Below, piece after piece: positions 51,537 to 60,671 of a stretch of 64,000 nucleotides of DNA (position 1 is the first letter of the stretch; the number at the start of each line of letters is the position of its first letter). This DNA comes from Patescibacteria group bacterium. GTDB lineage: Bacteria; Patescibacteriota; Minisyncoccia; UBA6257; JACRHW01. The DNA is taken from NCBI GenBank assembly GCA_028865725.1, contig JAGWJP010000004.1, positions 5,567 to 69,566 of the forward strand. The letters run 5' to 3'. The notes below the pieces were generated by a model. The model was not told where the DNA came from. It saw only the letters and a list, made by a program, of their open reading frames with translations, and ran no database searches. A program made the position numbers and the translations under genes.

Positions 51537-54416
51537 ATGAAAATGACCGGAATTATTGCAGGAATTTGCTTTTTGTTGAGCTTTGGGTTCGCGCACGCGG
51601 CACGCACCACGTTCTTTACTGGCCCACATCCCGCTCAATCACTTGTGTGGGGGTACGGGTCGCATACCACCGCAGACAGAGTCGCCGAGGAATACACACC
51701 TTCATCTGACGAAGAGATATGCGAAGTAGATCATGCTTTGTATCGTTCATTGAACGCTTCAGGAGAGGTAATATTATCCGTATATGAGGGCGGTACAGAA
51801 CCTGAGTCGGGCACTTTGATCGCCACATCTTCTCTTTCAAGTGATGCCGTTCCTGTTTCGACGGTTTCGCACAATACTGTCTTTACTCTTGATTCGTGTA
51901 TGAATCTTGTTGCGCACACGTCATATTGGTTTGTCATGACGCGCACGAGACTGCAGTACGGTGCGGGATTTTATTCTCTCTATGGGGCACATGGGGATGA
52001 GGCATCTTCTTCCTACTGGGAGTTTGATACGTTTGGTCCGTATGGATGGCAGAAGCACGCAGATCGGGACTGGTCGTTGGAACTTAAAGGATCCGCACCC
52101 CTAAAAGAGCCCGTGATCATTGTTCCCGGGATTGCGGGAAGCGAACTTTATAATGGCGATGATCTGATCTGGGCAGATCTTACTCAGATGTTGTTTAGCG
52201 CGAGCGATCAATTTATGACCGATAATCTTGCGCTTGATAGCCAAGGAAAGTCGCTCAAATCCATTGAAGCGAAAGATGTAATTGAATCTATTTTGAATGT
52301 TCCACTACTTAGCGTTAATATTTTTAAAAACCTTCACGATGATTTAGTTACGAATAATTATACACTTGGTCAAGATCTCTTTCTTTTCCCCTACGATTGG
52401 CGCCTTAATCTTGATGTTACAGAGGATGCCTTAGCCGAAAAAATCAATGATGTATTGACGCAGACCGGCGCGGATAAGGTAACGATTATCGCGCATAGCA
52501 TGGGAGGACTTTTGGTCAAGGATTATATTCGTCATCATGGCGGGGCAGAGATCGACAAATTGATCTTTGTAGGTACGCCGCATCTTGGCGCACCGGAGGC
52601 GGGTCGCATTATGCTCTATGGCGATACAATGGGTATCCCATGGTTAAATCCTGCGCGCGTGCAGGAGATTACGGCATATTCTCCGGCGACCTACGAGCTC
52701 TTGCCGAGCAGCGCGTATTTTGAGTACTCTCCGGGATATCTTTTGACTGCGAGCTCGAGTACGTTTCTAGACAATGCTGCTTCGCGCGATGCTTTGCTTG
52801 CGCGCGGCGCACATGAGCCGATTATGGGGCTTGCGGATATGTTTTGGAATGAAAATCTCGAGAATCTCGATTTCTCTGGTATTGATACCTACAATATCGC
52901 GGGGTGTGGTACGGGGACGGAGTCTGCCTATGCAATAAAGAGCGATAACGCGCTTGGAAATATTGATTATACCTCAGGCGACGGTACGGTGCCGCTTGTA
53001 AGCGCAGATGCGATCGCCATTCCTTCCGATCACAAATGGTATGTAAAGAATGTAAAACATGCGGAGTTACCGAGCGCTATTGATGTGCGGAGTGTGATTG
53101 CACAAATCTTGTTAGACGGGTCGGTAACGCCTACGGGAAACATCACCGTGAGCGCCACGGATTGTGGTATTCAAGGTAAGGAGATTTCCTGGCATAGCCC
53201 TGTTGAGATTCATGTGTATGATACAGAAGGGCGGCATACCGGCCCCACCGGCAATAATGCAATTGAGTATGGTATTCCAGGTGTGGAGTATACAGTGGCG
53301 GGGCATGACAAGTTTGTTTTCCTGCCAAGTGGCGGCGAGTCGTACCACCTTGTGATGAAGGGGCTTGATAGCGGCTCGTTTGACATGAAAGTCGCCCAAA
53401 ACGTGAATGGCGCAGTAGGTGAAACGGCGGTGTTTAACGATGTGCCGATTACGGCTTCAAGCACGGGAACGATGGATATTACCGATACCAGCACTGACGA
53501 TACGTTGCAGGTTGATTCGGGTGAAGGAGAAAGTCCGTCTATGATTTTGGCGTCTTCTCATCTTGCGGCAGGCGAGGAGGGTGATGTCACGCCGCCCACG
53601 ACATCGCTTGAAATTGAGGGGGCAAGAGACAATGGGGCGTACCAAGGCCCAACGACTGTTTCGCTTACCGCAACAGATGATAATGCCGGAGTCGCGGAAA
53701 CATATGTTGCGCGTGATGGCGGCGACACAGAAGCGTACCGCGGGCCATTAGTGCTTTCTGATCTCGGTGCGCACACTCTTCGTTACTACTCAGTTGATAA
53801 CGCGGGAAATGACGAAACTTTGCAGGAAATTCATTTTAGCATTGAGGCCTCTTCACACGAATTGCGCGCACAATCTATTACGTTTGACGCGATTCCCGAT
53901 GCCGAGCTTGGTACTGCAGATATCGCACTTGTTGCCACATCCACTTCGGGACTCTCGTTGCAGTTTTTTTCGGAGAGTACCGGCACGTGTACTCTCGCGA
54001 GCTCCTCGGTGCATCTTGTGAGCGCAGGAACGTGCACGGTACGCGCGGAGCAGAGCGGAAGTGATTCTTATAGGGCGGCTTCGAGTTCTCAGTCGTTTGC
54101 AGTTCTCGCAGTACCGGTAGATTCTTCTTCAGAGGAGGAGCCGGCGATGAAAGAGGGAGCACATGGAAGTGGGAGTATCTACTTGCCAGTCGCGGCTGAA
54201 CAGCCGGCCGTGGTTGCCGCAGCAGTATCGGCGCCTCTTACGCACGCCACATCAAGCACGTGGGATATTACGGGCGATGGTGCGATTGATATTCATGATT
54301 TTAATACGCTCTGTATAAATTGGGGTGCGCTCGGACAAGGCCCTGCAGATCTGAACCATGATGGAGTGGTCGATATTTTTGACTTTAATGCGCTCATGGC
54401 GCATTGGGGTATGTAG
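51537..54416 (+). CDS. Secreted 959-aa protein: alpha/beta-hydrolase lipase-like domain (PGAP1/LCAT-like), beta-rich repeats, C-terminal dockerin-like domain
   Basis: Signal peptide; VIIVPGIAGSELY and nucleophile elbow IIAHSMGGLL; CHB_HEX_C-like repeat (RYYSVDNAGNDE); C-terminal tandem D-x-[TN]-x-DG-x-[IV]-D repeats DITGDGAIDIHDFN / DLNHDGVVDIFDFN. Confidence 0.6.
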   Translation: MKMTGIIAGICFLLSFGFAHAARTTFFTGPHPAQSLVWGYGSHTTADRVAEEYTPSSDEEICEVDHALYRSLNASGEVILSVYEGGTEPESGTLIATSSLSSDAVPVSTVSHNTVFTLDSCMNLVAHTSYWFVMTRTRLQYGAGFYSLYGAHGDEASSSYWEFDTFGPYGWQKHADRDWSLELKGSAPLKEPVIIVPGIAGSELYNGDDLIWADLTQMLFSASDQFMTDNLALDSQGKSLKSIEAKDVIESILNVPLLSVNIFKNLHDDLVTNNYTLGQDLFLFPYDWRLNLDVTEDALAEKINDVLTQTGADKVTIIAHSMGGLLVKDYIRHHGGAEIDKLIFVGTPHLGAPEAGRIMLYGDTMGIPWLNPARVQEITAYSPATYELLPSSAYFEYSPGYLLTASSSTFLDNAASRDALLARGAHEPIMGLADMFWNENLENLDFSGIDTYNIAGCGTGTESAYAIKSDNALGNIDYTSGDGTVPLVSADAIAIPSDHKWYVKNVKHAELPSAIDVRSVIAQILLDGSVTPTGNITVSATDCGIQGKEISWHSPVEIHVYDTEGRHTGPTGNNAIEYGIPGVEYTVAGHDKFVFLPSGGESYHLVMKGLDSGSFDMKVAQNVNGAVGETAVFNDVPITASSTGTMDITDTSTDDTLQVDSGEGESPSMILASSHLAAGEEGDVTPPTTSLEIEGARDNGAYQGPTTVSLTATDDNAGVAETYVARDGGDTEAYRGPLVLSDLGAHTLRYYSVDNAGNDETLQEIHFSIEASSHELRAQSITFDAIPDAELGTADIALVATSTSGLSLQFFSESTGTCTLASSSVHLVSAGTCTVRAEQSGSDSYRAASSSQSFAVLAVPVDSSSEEEPAMKEGAHGSGSIYLPVAAEQPAVVAAAVSAPLTHATSSTWDITGDGAIDIHDFNTLCINWGALGQGPADLNHDGVVDIFDFNALMAHWGM

Positions 54417-54479
54417 ATTACTCAATACCATACATCTTCTCGTTTTCCGTAAACCAAGGTAGAATAAGACAAATTTTAT

Positions 54480-54758
54480 ATGAGCATTAATTTAAAAATA
54501 TTTTTATTCTTTGTTGTTTTACCGATTTTACTTGCATACATAAATGCCAGTTTTGTTAATTATAGAAATTTCAACTGGGGATATAATCATGTAAATGAAA
54601 TTAGTATTTTCCTGTTTACAATTGCTTCTTTTGTCGGAGCTTATATAACTTTAAGTAAAAAAAGTTCTACAGGGTTACGAATCTTATCGGGACTAGTTTT
54701 TGTCTTTTCGTTAGTATCAATTTATATTATTCATTCATTTTTGCATTTTGGATTTTAA
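54480..54758 (+). CDS. Hypothetical small membrane protein
   Basis: Three hydrophobic helices; AT-rich. Confidence 0.25.
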   Translation: MSINLKIFLFFVVLPILLAYINASFVNYRNFNWGYNHVNEISIFLFTIASFVGAYITLSKKSSTGLRILSGLVFVFSLVSIYIIHSFLHFGF

Positions 54759-54833
54759 GGAGTGTACGTAGGGTGTGGGGTAATGTTGTGTGATATACTT
54801 AGGTCAGCTTTTTTAAAAATTGGAGCGATACAC

Positions 54834-55433
54834 ATGCACAATCCTTTTCACAAACCTATTCTTTTTGTCGATTTTGATCGCACCTTGTGTCATGACAGAT
54901 TTTGGAGAAGCGCGAACCCCCATCTTTATAGTCAGATTCAGAACGTATTGTTTGGCGATCACCGCATAAGGGTACATGCATGGATGGAAGGCGTGTATAC
55001 GAGTGAAGACATTGTAGAATTTCTGGCGCAAGAATGTAGCGTGCCGTTTCGTGATCTTTGGGATATATTAGTCCATGATTGTGAGACGATGCATGTTTCT
55101 CTGCGTACCTTGGCGGATATCAACGCACTTCGTGATCATTTTTGGGTTGTGTTATTTACTGACAATATGGATTGTTTTTCTCGTTTTACCGTTCCCGCGC
55201 TTCATCTGAATGATTATTTTGATGAGATTATGAATTCTTATGACGCAAAGACGCTGAAGAAGAATCTTCTCCCGCAAATGATGGCAAGTGTTCCAGATCA
55301 GACTTGCTGTCTTATTGATGACGGTGAGGCGATCTGCATGTTGTGTGAGGAGCTTGGTGGAGTAGCCTATCGCATCACCTCTGAAAAAACTCTTGATCAC
55401 CACCTCGCCGTGATCGCTGCAGAAAAGAATTGA
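54834..55433 (+). CDS. HAD-superfamily hydrolase
   Basis: ILFVDFDRTL (DxDxT motif I) right after ATG 54834 with RBS GGAG; later LFTDN and IDDGE. Confidence 0.55.
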   Translation: MHNPFHKPILFVDFDRTLCHDRFWRSANPHLYSQIQNVLFGDHRIRVHAWMEGVYTSEDIVEFLAQECSVPFRDLWDILVHDCETMHVSLRTLADINALRDHFWVVLFTDNMDCFSRFTVPALHLNDYFDEIMNSYDAKTLKKNLLPQMMASVPDQTCCLIDDGEAICMLCEELGGVAYRITSEKTLDHHLAVIAAEKN

Positions 55434-55502
55434 CTGAAGCGCATAAATCCGGGTATAGTACTCATGGTTCATTGACAGGTAAAGAAGAGAGGATGTAATG
55501 CA

Positions 55503-56792
55503 ATGCAAGTGAAACACGTACTCGACATGGCGTTTGGCGATAGCGGCAAGGGAAAAATTACCGACTATCTCGCGGCACAGCCTTCGACGCGCGGCATCGT
55601 GCGCTATCACGGAGGAAACAATGCGGGGCATACCGTTCAGAACGAGCTCGGTACATTTCCTTTGCATCTCGTTCCCTGCGGAATCTTTAACATACATGCC
55701 GATGTGTTTATGACAAACGGCATGGTGCTGAACCTGGAAGTACTGGTGAATGAACTTGATATGCTGCGCCGCGTGCTTCCTGATTTTACGCATCGGTTGT
55801 ATATCTCTCCGCGTGCGCATGTCATTATGCCGTATCACACCGTGCTCGACGGGCTCTATGAGGCGGCAAAAGGTAAGAAGAAGACAGGTACTACCGGGCG
55901 TGGTATTGGGCCTTGCCATGCGGATAAGGTTTCTTATCATGGAATTCGCGTGGGAGATCTTGAAAACGAGGAGGGATTTGAAGAGCTTCTCTCCGTACAG
56001 CTTGAGATGAAAAACAAGATCATTGTTGCGCTTGGGGGGCACGCGTTGGATTTTCGTGTGGTGCGTGAAACGATCCTGCGTTATTATGCCCACCTTCGTC
56101 CCTATGTGAAGGAGCCATTTCCGCGCATTCAGCATCTGCTCCGGTCTTCGCCATTTGGGGGTGATCTTCTTCTCGAGGGGGCGCATGGTCTTTTTCTTGA
56201 CACAGATTGGGGGACGTATCCTTATGTGACCGCATCTTCGATTGTACCAGGATACGCAAATGCGGGAGCCGGAATTCCGGTAAGGCACATTACTAATGTT
56301 CTCGGGGTAGTGAAGGCCTATACGACGCGCGTGGGCAGCGGACCATTTCCTACAGAGCTGAATGACGGGGTAGGGGCAGAATTGCGCGAGCGGGGCCATG
56401 AGTTTGGTACGACGACGGGACGTTCTCGACGATGCGGGTGGTTGGATCTTGAGCTTCTCCGCTTTGGTAGCGCACTCTGCGGCGTCGACGAACTTGCAAT
56501 CACCAAGCTCGATGTGCTGGATGGGTTCGAAACGCTGAAGATATGCGTGGGATATGCGCGGCATGGGGCGCAAGTGATGTATGAGGATGCAATAACCGAA
56601 GATCTTTTCGAAGTAGAGCCGATTTATATAGAACTTCCTGGATGGAGTGCATCAACGCGCGGAGTCATGCGGTGGAAGGATCTTCCGCCGGAAGCACAAC
56701 GGTATCTTTTCTTCATTCACGGATTTACCCGTATCCCTATTCATTATGTTTCGACAGGACCTGCCCGCCATGAAATAATCACAGTGAAATAG
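55503..56792 (+). CDS. purA: Adenylosuccinate synthetase
   Basis: P-loop FGDSGKGKITDYL, GHTVQN, TTGRGIGP, GTTTGRSRRCGWLD hallmark motifs. Confidence 0.93.
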   Translation: MQVKHVLDMAFGDSGKGKITDYLAAQPSTRGIVRYHGGNNAGHTVQNELGTFPLHLVPCGIFNIHADVFMTNGMVLNLEVLVNELDMLRRVLPDFTHRLYISPRAHVIMPYHTVLDGLYEAAKGKKKTGTTGRGIGPCHADKVSYHGIRVGDLENEEGFEELLSVQLEMKNKIIVALGGHALDFRVVRETILRYYAHLRPYVKEPFPRIQHLLRSSPFGGDLLLEGAHGLFLDTDWGTYPYVTASSIVPGYANAGAGIPVRHITNVLGVVKAYTTRVGSGPFPTELNDGVGAELRERGHEFGTTTGRSRRCGWLDLELLRFGSALCGVDELAITKLDVLDGFETLKICVGYARHGAQVMYEDAITEDLFEVEPIYIELPGWSASTRGVMRWKDLPPEAQRYLFFIHGFTRIPIHYVSTGPARHEIITVK

Positions 56793-56895
56793 GAGTTCTC
56801 CATGCTGCCGAGCGAGGCAGCTTTTTGTATGTATACAAGCGTTGACAAGGGAGGATAGGATGATACACTTATTTTGGTTTATCGGAGGTGTGCAA

Positions 56896-57090
56896 ATGAA
56901 ATATTGTCCTGATTGCGGAACGATGATGCGCCTACTGCAGCAAGGAGATGGATGTGGGGGTATAGGGAAAACAGTAGCGTGTGTGTTCTGTGAAACCATA
57001 TGGAAGAAAACAGGCCGATCTTATGGATCTGTACAAGAAGTATGGTCAAAAGAGAAATTTCGGGCGCGAAGCGATAAGGAAAGGAGGTGA
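56896..57090 (+). CDS. Small zinc-ribbon protein (64 aa)
   Basis: CPDCG...CVFC pair; RBS GGAGGTG before ATG 56896. Confidence 0.4.
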   Translation: MKYCPDCGTMMRLLQQGDGCGGIGKTVACVFCETIWKKTGRSYGSVQEVWSKEKFRARSDKERR

Positions 57091-57096
57091 TGCGTT

Positions 57097-57300
57097 ATGC
57101 GATGCCAACTCGTGAGTAAACTCACCAGCGCAAGCGGCGCAATGCATGGTCTTACTGTAGGGGCTACTGTTCGTTTGGCCGCTGACAACGAAGAAGATCG
57201 AGCTAGCCTTCAGACATTCGTGCAAATTATGAAGGAACAAGGTGTCGATCCGGGTCTTGCTTTTTCTCCGCAGTATATCGAACTTACGTTTCGCTGTTAA
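57097..57300 (+). CDS. Hypothetical small protein (67 aa)
   Basis: RBS AAGGAAAGGAGGTG; immediately upstream of lexA promoter. Confidence 0.35.
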   Translation: MRCQLVSKLTSASGAMHGLTVGATVRLAADNEEDRASLQTFVQIMKEQGVDPGLAFSPQYIELTFRC

Positions 57301-57413
57301 TTGATGCACAACTATTGAGTAAGTCGGGAAGAAACATAATTAAAAACATACACCAGGAAAGGTGTATATTTTGTTTTCTCGCCGCTACAAGTTTCACTTT
57401 TCCACAGTTTGTG

Positions 57414-57448
57414 TGTATACAGAATGGTTTATAATGTGTATATACACA
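57414..57448 (+). promoter_or_regulatory. Candidate LexA operator(s) overlapping lexA promoter: TGTATACA (57414-57421), TATAAT -10 (57430-57435), perfect palindrome TGTGTATATACACA (57435-57448)
   Basis: 14-bp perfect palindrome of TGT-N8-ACA type with AT-rich centre abutting -10 hexamer, 18 nt upstream of lexA ATG. Confidence 0.45.
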
Positions 57449-57465
57449 TCTTCTTACCCACTCTT

Positions 57466-58146
57466 ATGTCACACGTATCTCACAAACCAACTAAACTTCA
57501 ACAAAAGGTGCTCGATGTTATTATGCGCTATCATGAAAAACACAATGCGGCACCCACTATTTATGAAATCCAGAAAAAACTTGCGCTTATCTCGTCTCGC
57601 TCGGTCACTCAGCATCTTGAAGCGCTCGAGAAAAAAGGATTCATTCACCGTACGCGATATAAAAACAGGGGTATTATGTTAACGAGTACTCTCAAAGATG
57701 GGGAGATGGTACTGTTACCCGTATTTGCTTCAGCAGGATGTGGAAGTCCTGCGGTGATTGCCGAGCGCGCGTTCGATGAGTTTATGGAAGTTGCGTCCAA
57801 CCTCCTTAAAGGGAAAAAGAAAGAGGACTTGTTTGTGATGAAGGCCATAGGAAATTCAATGAACGAAGCCGGAATTCGGGACGGAGATTATGTGCTCGTC
57901 GAGCGTATCGTCGATCAAGATTTTGAAATGGGAGATTCAGTGGTAGCTATCATTGATGATCATGCGGTTATCAAGCGTTATACTCGCGCGGATGATTTGA
58001 TTATTCTGCAGCCTGTCTCATCGGATCGTGCGCACCGCGCTATTATTTTAGGGGGTGATGCGACGTATAAAATTTTTGGCAAAGTTATCCGCACAATCCA
58101 TATGCCCAAAACACGGGATATTCAGTACGCACCTGTGGTATCATAG
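57466..58146 (+). CDS. lexA: LexA repressor (S24 peptidase)
   Basis: N-terminal winged HTH (TIYEIQKKLALISSRSVTQHLEALEKKGFI), cleavage-site region, catalytic GNSM and K in C-terminal domain. Confidence 0.85.
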   Translation: MSHVSHKPTKLQQKVLDVIMRYHEKHNAAPTIYEIQKKLALISSRSVTQHLEALEKKGFIHRTRYKNRGIMLTSTLKDGEMVLLPVFASAGCGSPAVIAERAFDEFMEVASNLLKGKKKEDLFVMKAIGNSMNEAGIRDGDYVLVERIVDQDFEMGDSVVAIIDDHAVIKRYTRADDLIILQPVSSDRAHRAIILGGDATYKIFGKVIRTIHMPKTRDIQYAPVVS

Positions 58147-58153
58147 AGATGAT

Positions 58154-58498
58154 ATGAATGTGGATACGATCGCTGAACAGAATATCGCGTGCCCTCGTTG
58201 CGGTGCGGAAGAAAGAGCAGAGGCGTACTTTTGTTCGTACTGCGGCGCGGCTTTGCGAGAAAAGCCTCCAAGTACCACACTTGGCGCACAGCTCAAAGTA
58301 TATCTTATTGCATTATTGGTGCCTCCTTTTGGATTGTGGTATGGATGGAAATATGGAAAATGGGATGATCAGAAATCAAGATGGATTGCGCTTACCGCCT
58401 CACTGCTCACCCTTCTTTCGCTGTGGGCAACATGGTGGGTGATACAAAGTTTGATGTCATCATTAACTACGACACTGAACGCTATGGTGGGGATTTAA
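58154..58498 (+). CDS. Zinc-ribbon plus two-TM small membrane protein
   Basis: CPRCG...CSYCG N-terminal ribbon, then two hydrophobic helices; directly downstream of lexA. Confidence 0.45.
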   Translation: MNVDTIAEQNIACPRCGAEERAEAYFCSYCGAALREKPPSTTLGAQLKVYLIALLVPPFGLWYGWKYGKWDDQKSRWIALTASLLTLLSLWATWWVIQSLMSSLTTTLNAMVGI

Positions 58499-58555
58499 TT
58501 TACGGTAAGGTAAAACATTTCCACATCTTTTTTATCATATAATCTTTTTATTTTT

Positions 58556-59521
58556 ATGAATGTTTGTATTACACATCCTATTCCAGGATCCGGACCAGAG
58601 ATATTGCGGAGACAAGGATTTCATGTCACTGTCCTCGAACAGGACACTCCGTATACAAAAAGCGAGCTTCTTGCCTTAGTTCAGCACGAACAATATGATG
58701 CGGTGCTTTCTCTTCTTACTGATCCTATCGATGGGGAGGTGATTGGTGCCTTAGGTGCTCAATGCAAAATTATTGCCAATTATGCAGTCGGTTTTGATAA
58801 TATTGACATCAAGGAAGCACACAAGCGCGGAATTGTGGTAACGTATACTCCGGGGGTTCTGACGGATGCGGTTGCAGGGCACACTATTGCACTAATCCTT
58901 GCACTCTCGCGTCGTGTAGTGGAAGGAGATATATTCATACGTTCCGGAGAATTTAAAGGGTGGACATCTACACTGCTCCTTGGGGAAGACATCAAAGGAA
59001 AAACATTGGGTGTGGTGGGGTTGGGACGCATTGGATCGGAAGTTGCGCGGCGCATGAAGGCTGCATTTGATATGAATATTCTCTATTATGATGTGCGGCG
59101 TAATAGTGACGCGGAACGCCTCTGTGGAGCCAGGTTTTGTGAGTTGGACGCGCTGCTTCAGTCAGCGGATGTGGTAAGTCTCCACACAAACCTTACTCCA
59201 GAAACTCGTCACATGATAGATACCGAACGGCTGGCGCTCATGAAAAAAACAGCTTACCTCGTGAATACCTCACGAGGTGCGGTCATTGACGAAGCAGCAC
59301 TTGTTGTCGCACTTCAAGGACAACATATTGCCGGCGCGGCGCTTGATGTGTTGGAACACGAACCTACGCCTGCCGCGGGACTTTTAGATCTTCATAATGT
59401 AGTGCTCACTCCTCACATCGCTTCCGCCTCGCGGCATGCGCGTGAAACAATGTCAGAAATGTCCGCCCACGATATTATTGAAGTCCTGGAGGGGCGGCCC
59501 GCTCTTCATAGCGTGAAATAA
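58556..59521 (+). CDS. D-isomer-specific 2-hydroxyacid dehydrogenase (glycerate/phosphoglycerate dehydrogenase family)
   Basis: NAD-binding GVVGLGRIGSEVARR, catalytic R/E/H arrangement (...TSRG..., ...HIAS...). Confidence 0.85.
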   Translation: MNVCITHPIPGSGPEILRRQGFHVTVLEQDTPYTKSELLALVQHEQYDAVLSLLTDPIDGEVIGALGAQCKIIANYAVGFDNIDIKEAHKRGIVVTYTPGVLTDAVAGHTIALILALSRRVVEGDIFIRSGEFKGWTSTLLLGEDIKGKTLGVVGLGRIGSEVARRMKAAFDMNILYYDVRRNSDAERLCGARFCELDALLQSADVVSLHTNLTPETRHMIDTERLALMKKTAYLVNTSRGAVIDEAALVVALQGQHIAGAALDVLEHEPTPAAGLLDLHNVVLTPHIASASRHARETMSEMSAHDIIEVLEGRPALHSVK

Positions 59522-59525
59522 TATC

Positions 59526-60671
59526 ATGTCATTTTCGTACCGAACGTATGAATTCGCACCAAAAGAAGTAATACATATTTCCGAAGATCTTATATCACGG
59601 GCACGGCGGGAGCACCGTTTTTATGATGTGGCAGAGTCCACCATGTTGGGCTTGCTCTCTGATCTGATTCCAGGTTCAGCGCTTGCGTCCTCGTTTTTAG
59701 AGGAGTGGAAACGATTTGAGGCGGATGAGGGAGGCCTAAACTACGGTATTTATTTTTTGTATCCTCGCACCAATCATCTTGTGCGATTTGCCCCTCTGTA
59801 TTGGCATAGACTCGCGCTTCTTATGCGTAACACGACACTGTTTTTAGATCCTGCCATGCAGTATTCATGGGAAGAGGTGAGGAAGTGTTTTGATAACGTG
59901 GTGGTGGGGATTGCAGGATGTAGTGTGGGTAATAGTATTGCCCACGCGCTCGTAGGAGATCTTCGTTTGGGACACTTAAAAATTGCAGATCCTGATTGTT
60001 ATTACTTGCATAATGCAAATCGTGTCCGCCTCTCTCATGAGGATTTAGGGAGAAATAAGAGTGTAGTAACGGCGGAGCAAATTCATGCCCTTGATCCTTA
60101 TTGCGCACTCTCTGTCTTTAGCGAAGGAGTGCATGAACACAATGTGAAAGATTTTATTAAAGGAAATACCGCGCGCGATGAACCCGAAAGTACGGTGATT
60201 GTGGAAGAAACAGATAGTCCGGATATGAAACTGTTTATTCGGGAACAAGCACGTAGCCACAGAAAGCCGGTAGTGATGGTGACGGATTTGGGGTCGGCCG
60301 TACAACGCGATGTTCGACGGTTTGATCTTATTCCCGACCTTCCTTTGACGTATGGAGTCAGTGATCAAGAACTCTACGCAACGCGGGATGCGTGGCGCGC
60401 CGATTTGGCTAACAAGGACCGATTTTTTGAATTCGCGTTTGCGCTTGCGGGGACACACCACAATCGTCTCCCGGAGCTCAAACGTATTATTCTCAAAGAG
60501 CAGCCTCCTCTTTTTGGATGTGTGCCGCAGCTTGGTTCCACTGCAATGATGGCGGGCGGTGTTGCCTCGGAGGCCGTGGTGCGGCTTGTATTGGGGCATG
60601 CGCTTTGCGAGCGATTATTTATTAATAAACATACAGGAGAGGTCGTGGCAGAAGGAGAGATATTTGTATGA
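59526..60671 (+). CDS. E1-like (ThiF/MoeB/MccB-like) protein with degenerate Gly-rich loop and ~120-aa N-terminal extension
   Basis: VVVGIAGCSVGNSIAHALVGDLRLGHLKIADPDCYYLHNANRV parallels ThiF VxVxGxGGxGS...LxLxDxDxVxxSNLNRQ; downstream VVMVTD parallels ThiF VLDCTD. Confidence 0.5.
   Translation: MSFSYRTYEFAPKEVIHISEDLISRARREHRFYDVAESTMLGLLSDLIPGSALASSFLEEWKRFEADEGGLNYGIYFLYPRTNHLVRFAPLYWHRLALLMRNTTLFLDPAMQYSWEEVRKCFDNVVVGIAGCSVGNSIAHALVGDLRLGHLKIADPDCYYLHNANRVRLSHEDLGRNKSVVTAEQIHALDPYCALSVFSEGVHEHNVKDFIKGNTARDEPESTVIVEETDSPDMKLFIREQARSHRKPVVMVTDLGSAVQRDVRRFDLIPDLPLTYGVSDQELYATRDAWRADLANKDRFFEFAFALAGTHHNRLPELKRIILKEQPPLFGCVPQLGSTAMMAGGVASEAVVRLVLGHALCERLFINKHTGEVVAEGEIFV

Noticed and set aside
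55152-56573. 473-aa minus-strand ORF overlapping purA and the HAD gene
   Set aside because: Entirely antisense to a strongly supported purA; no motifs, biased R/H/K composition; treated as a non-coding antisense frame (kept only as a low-interest note)
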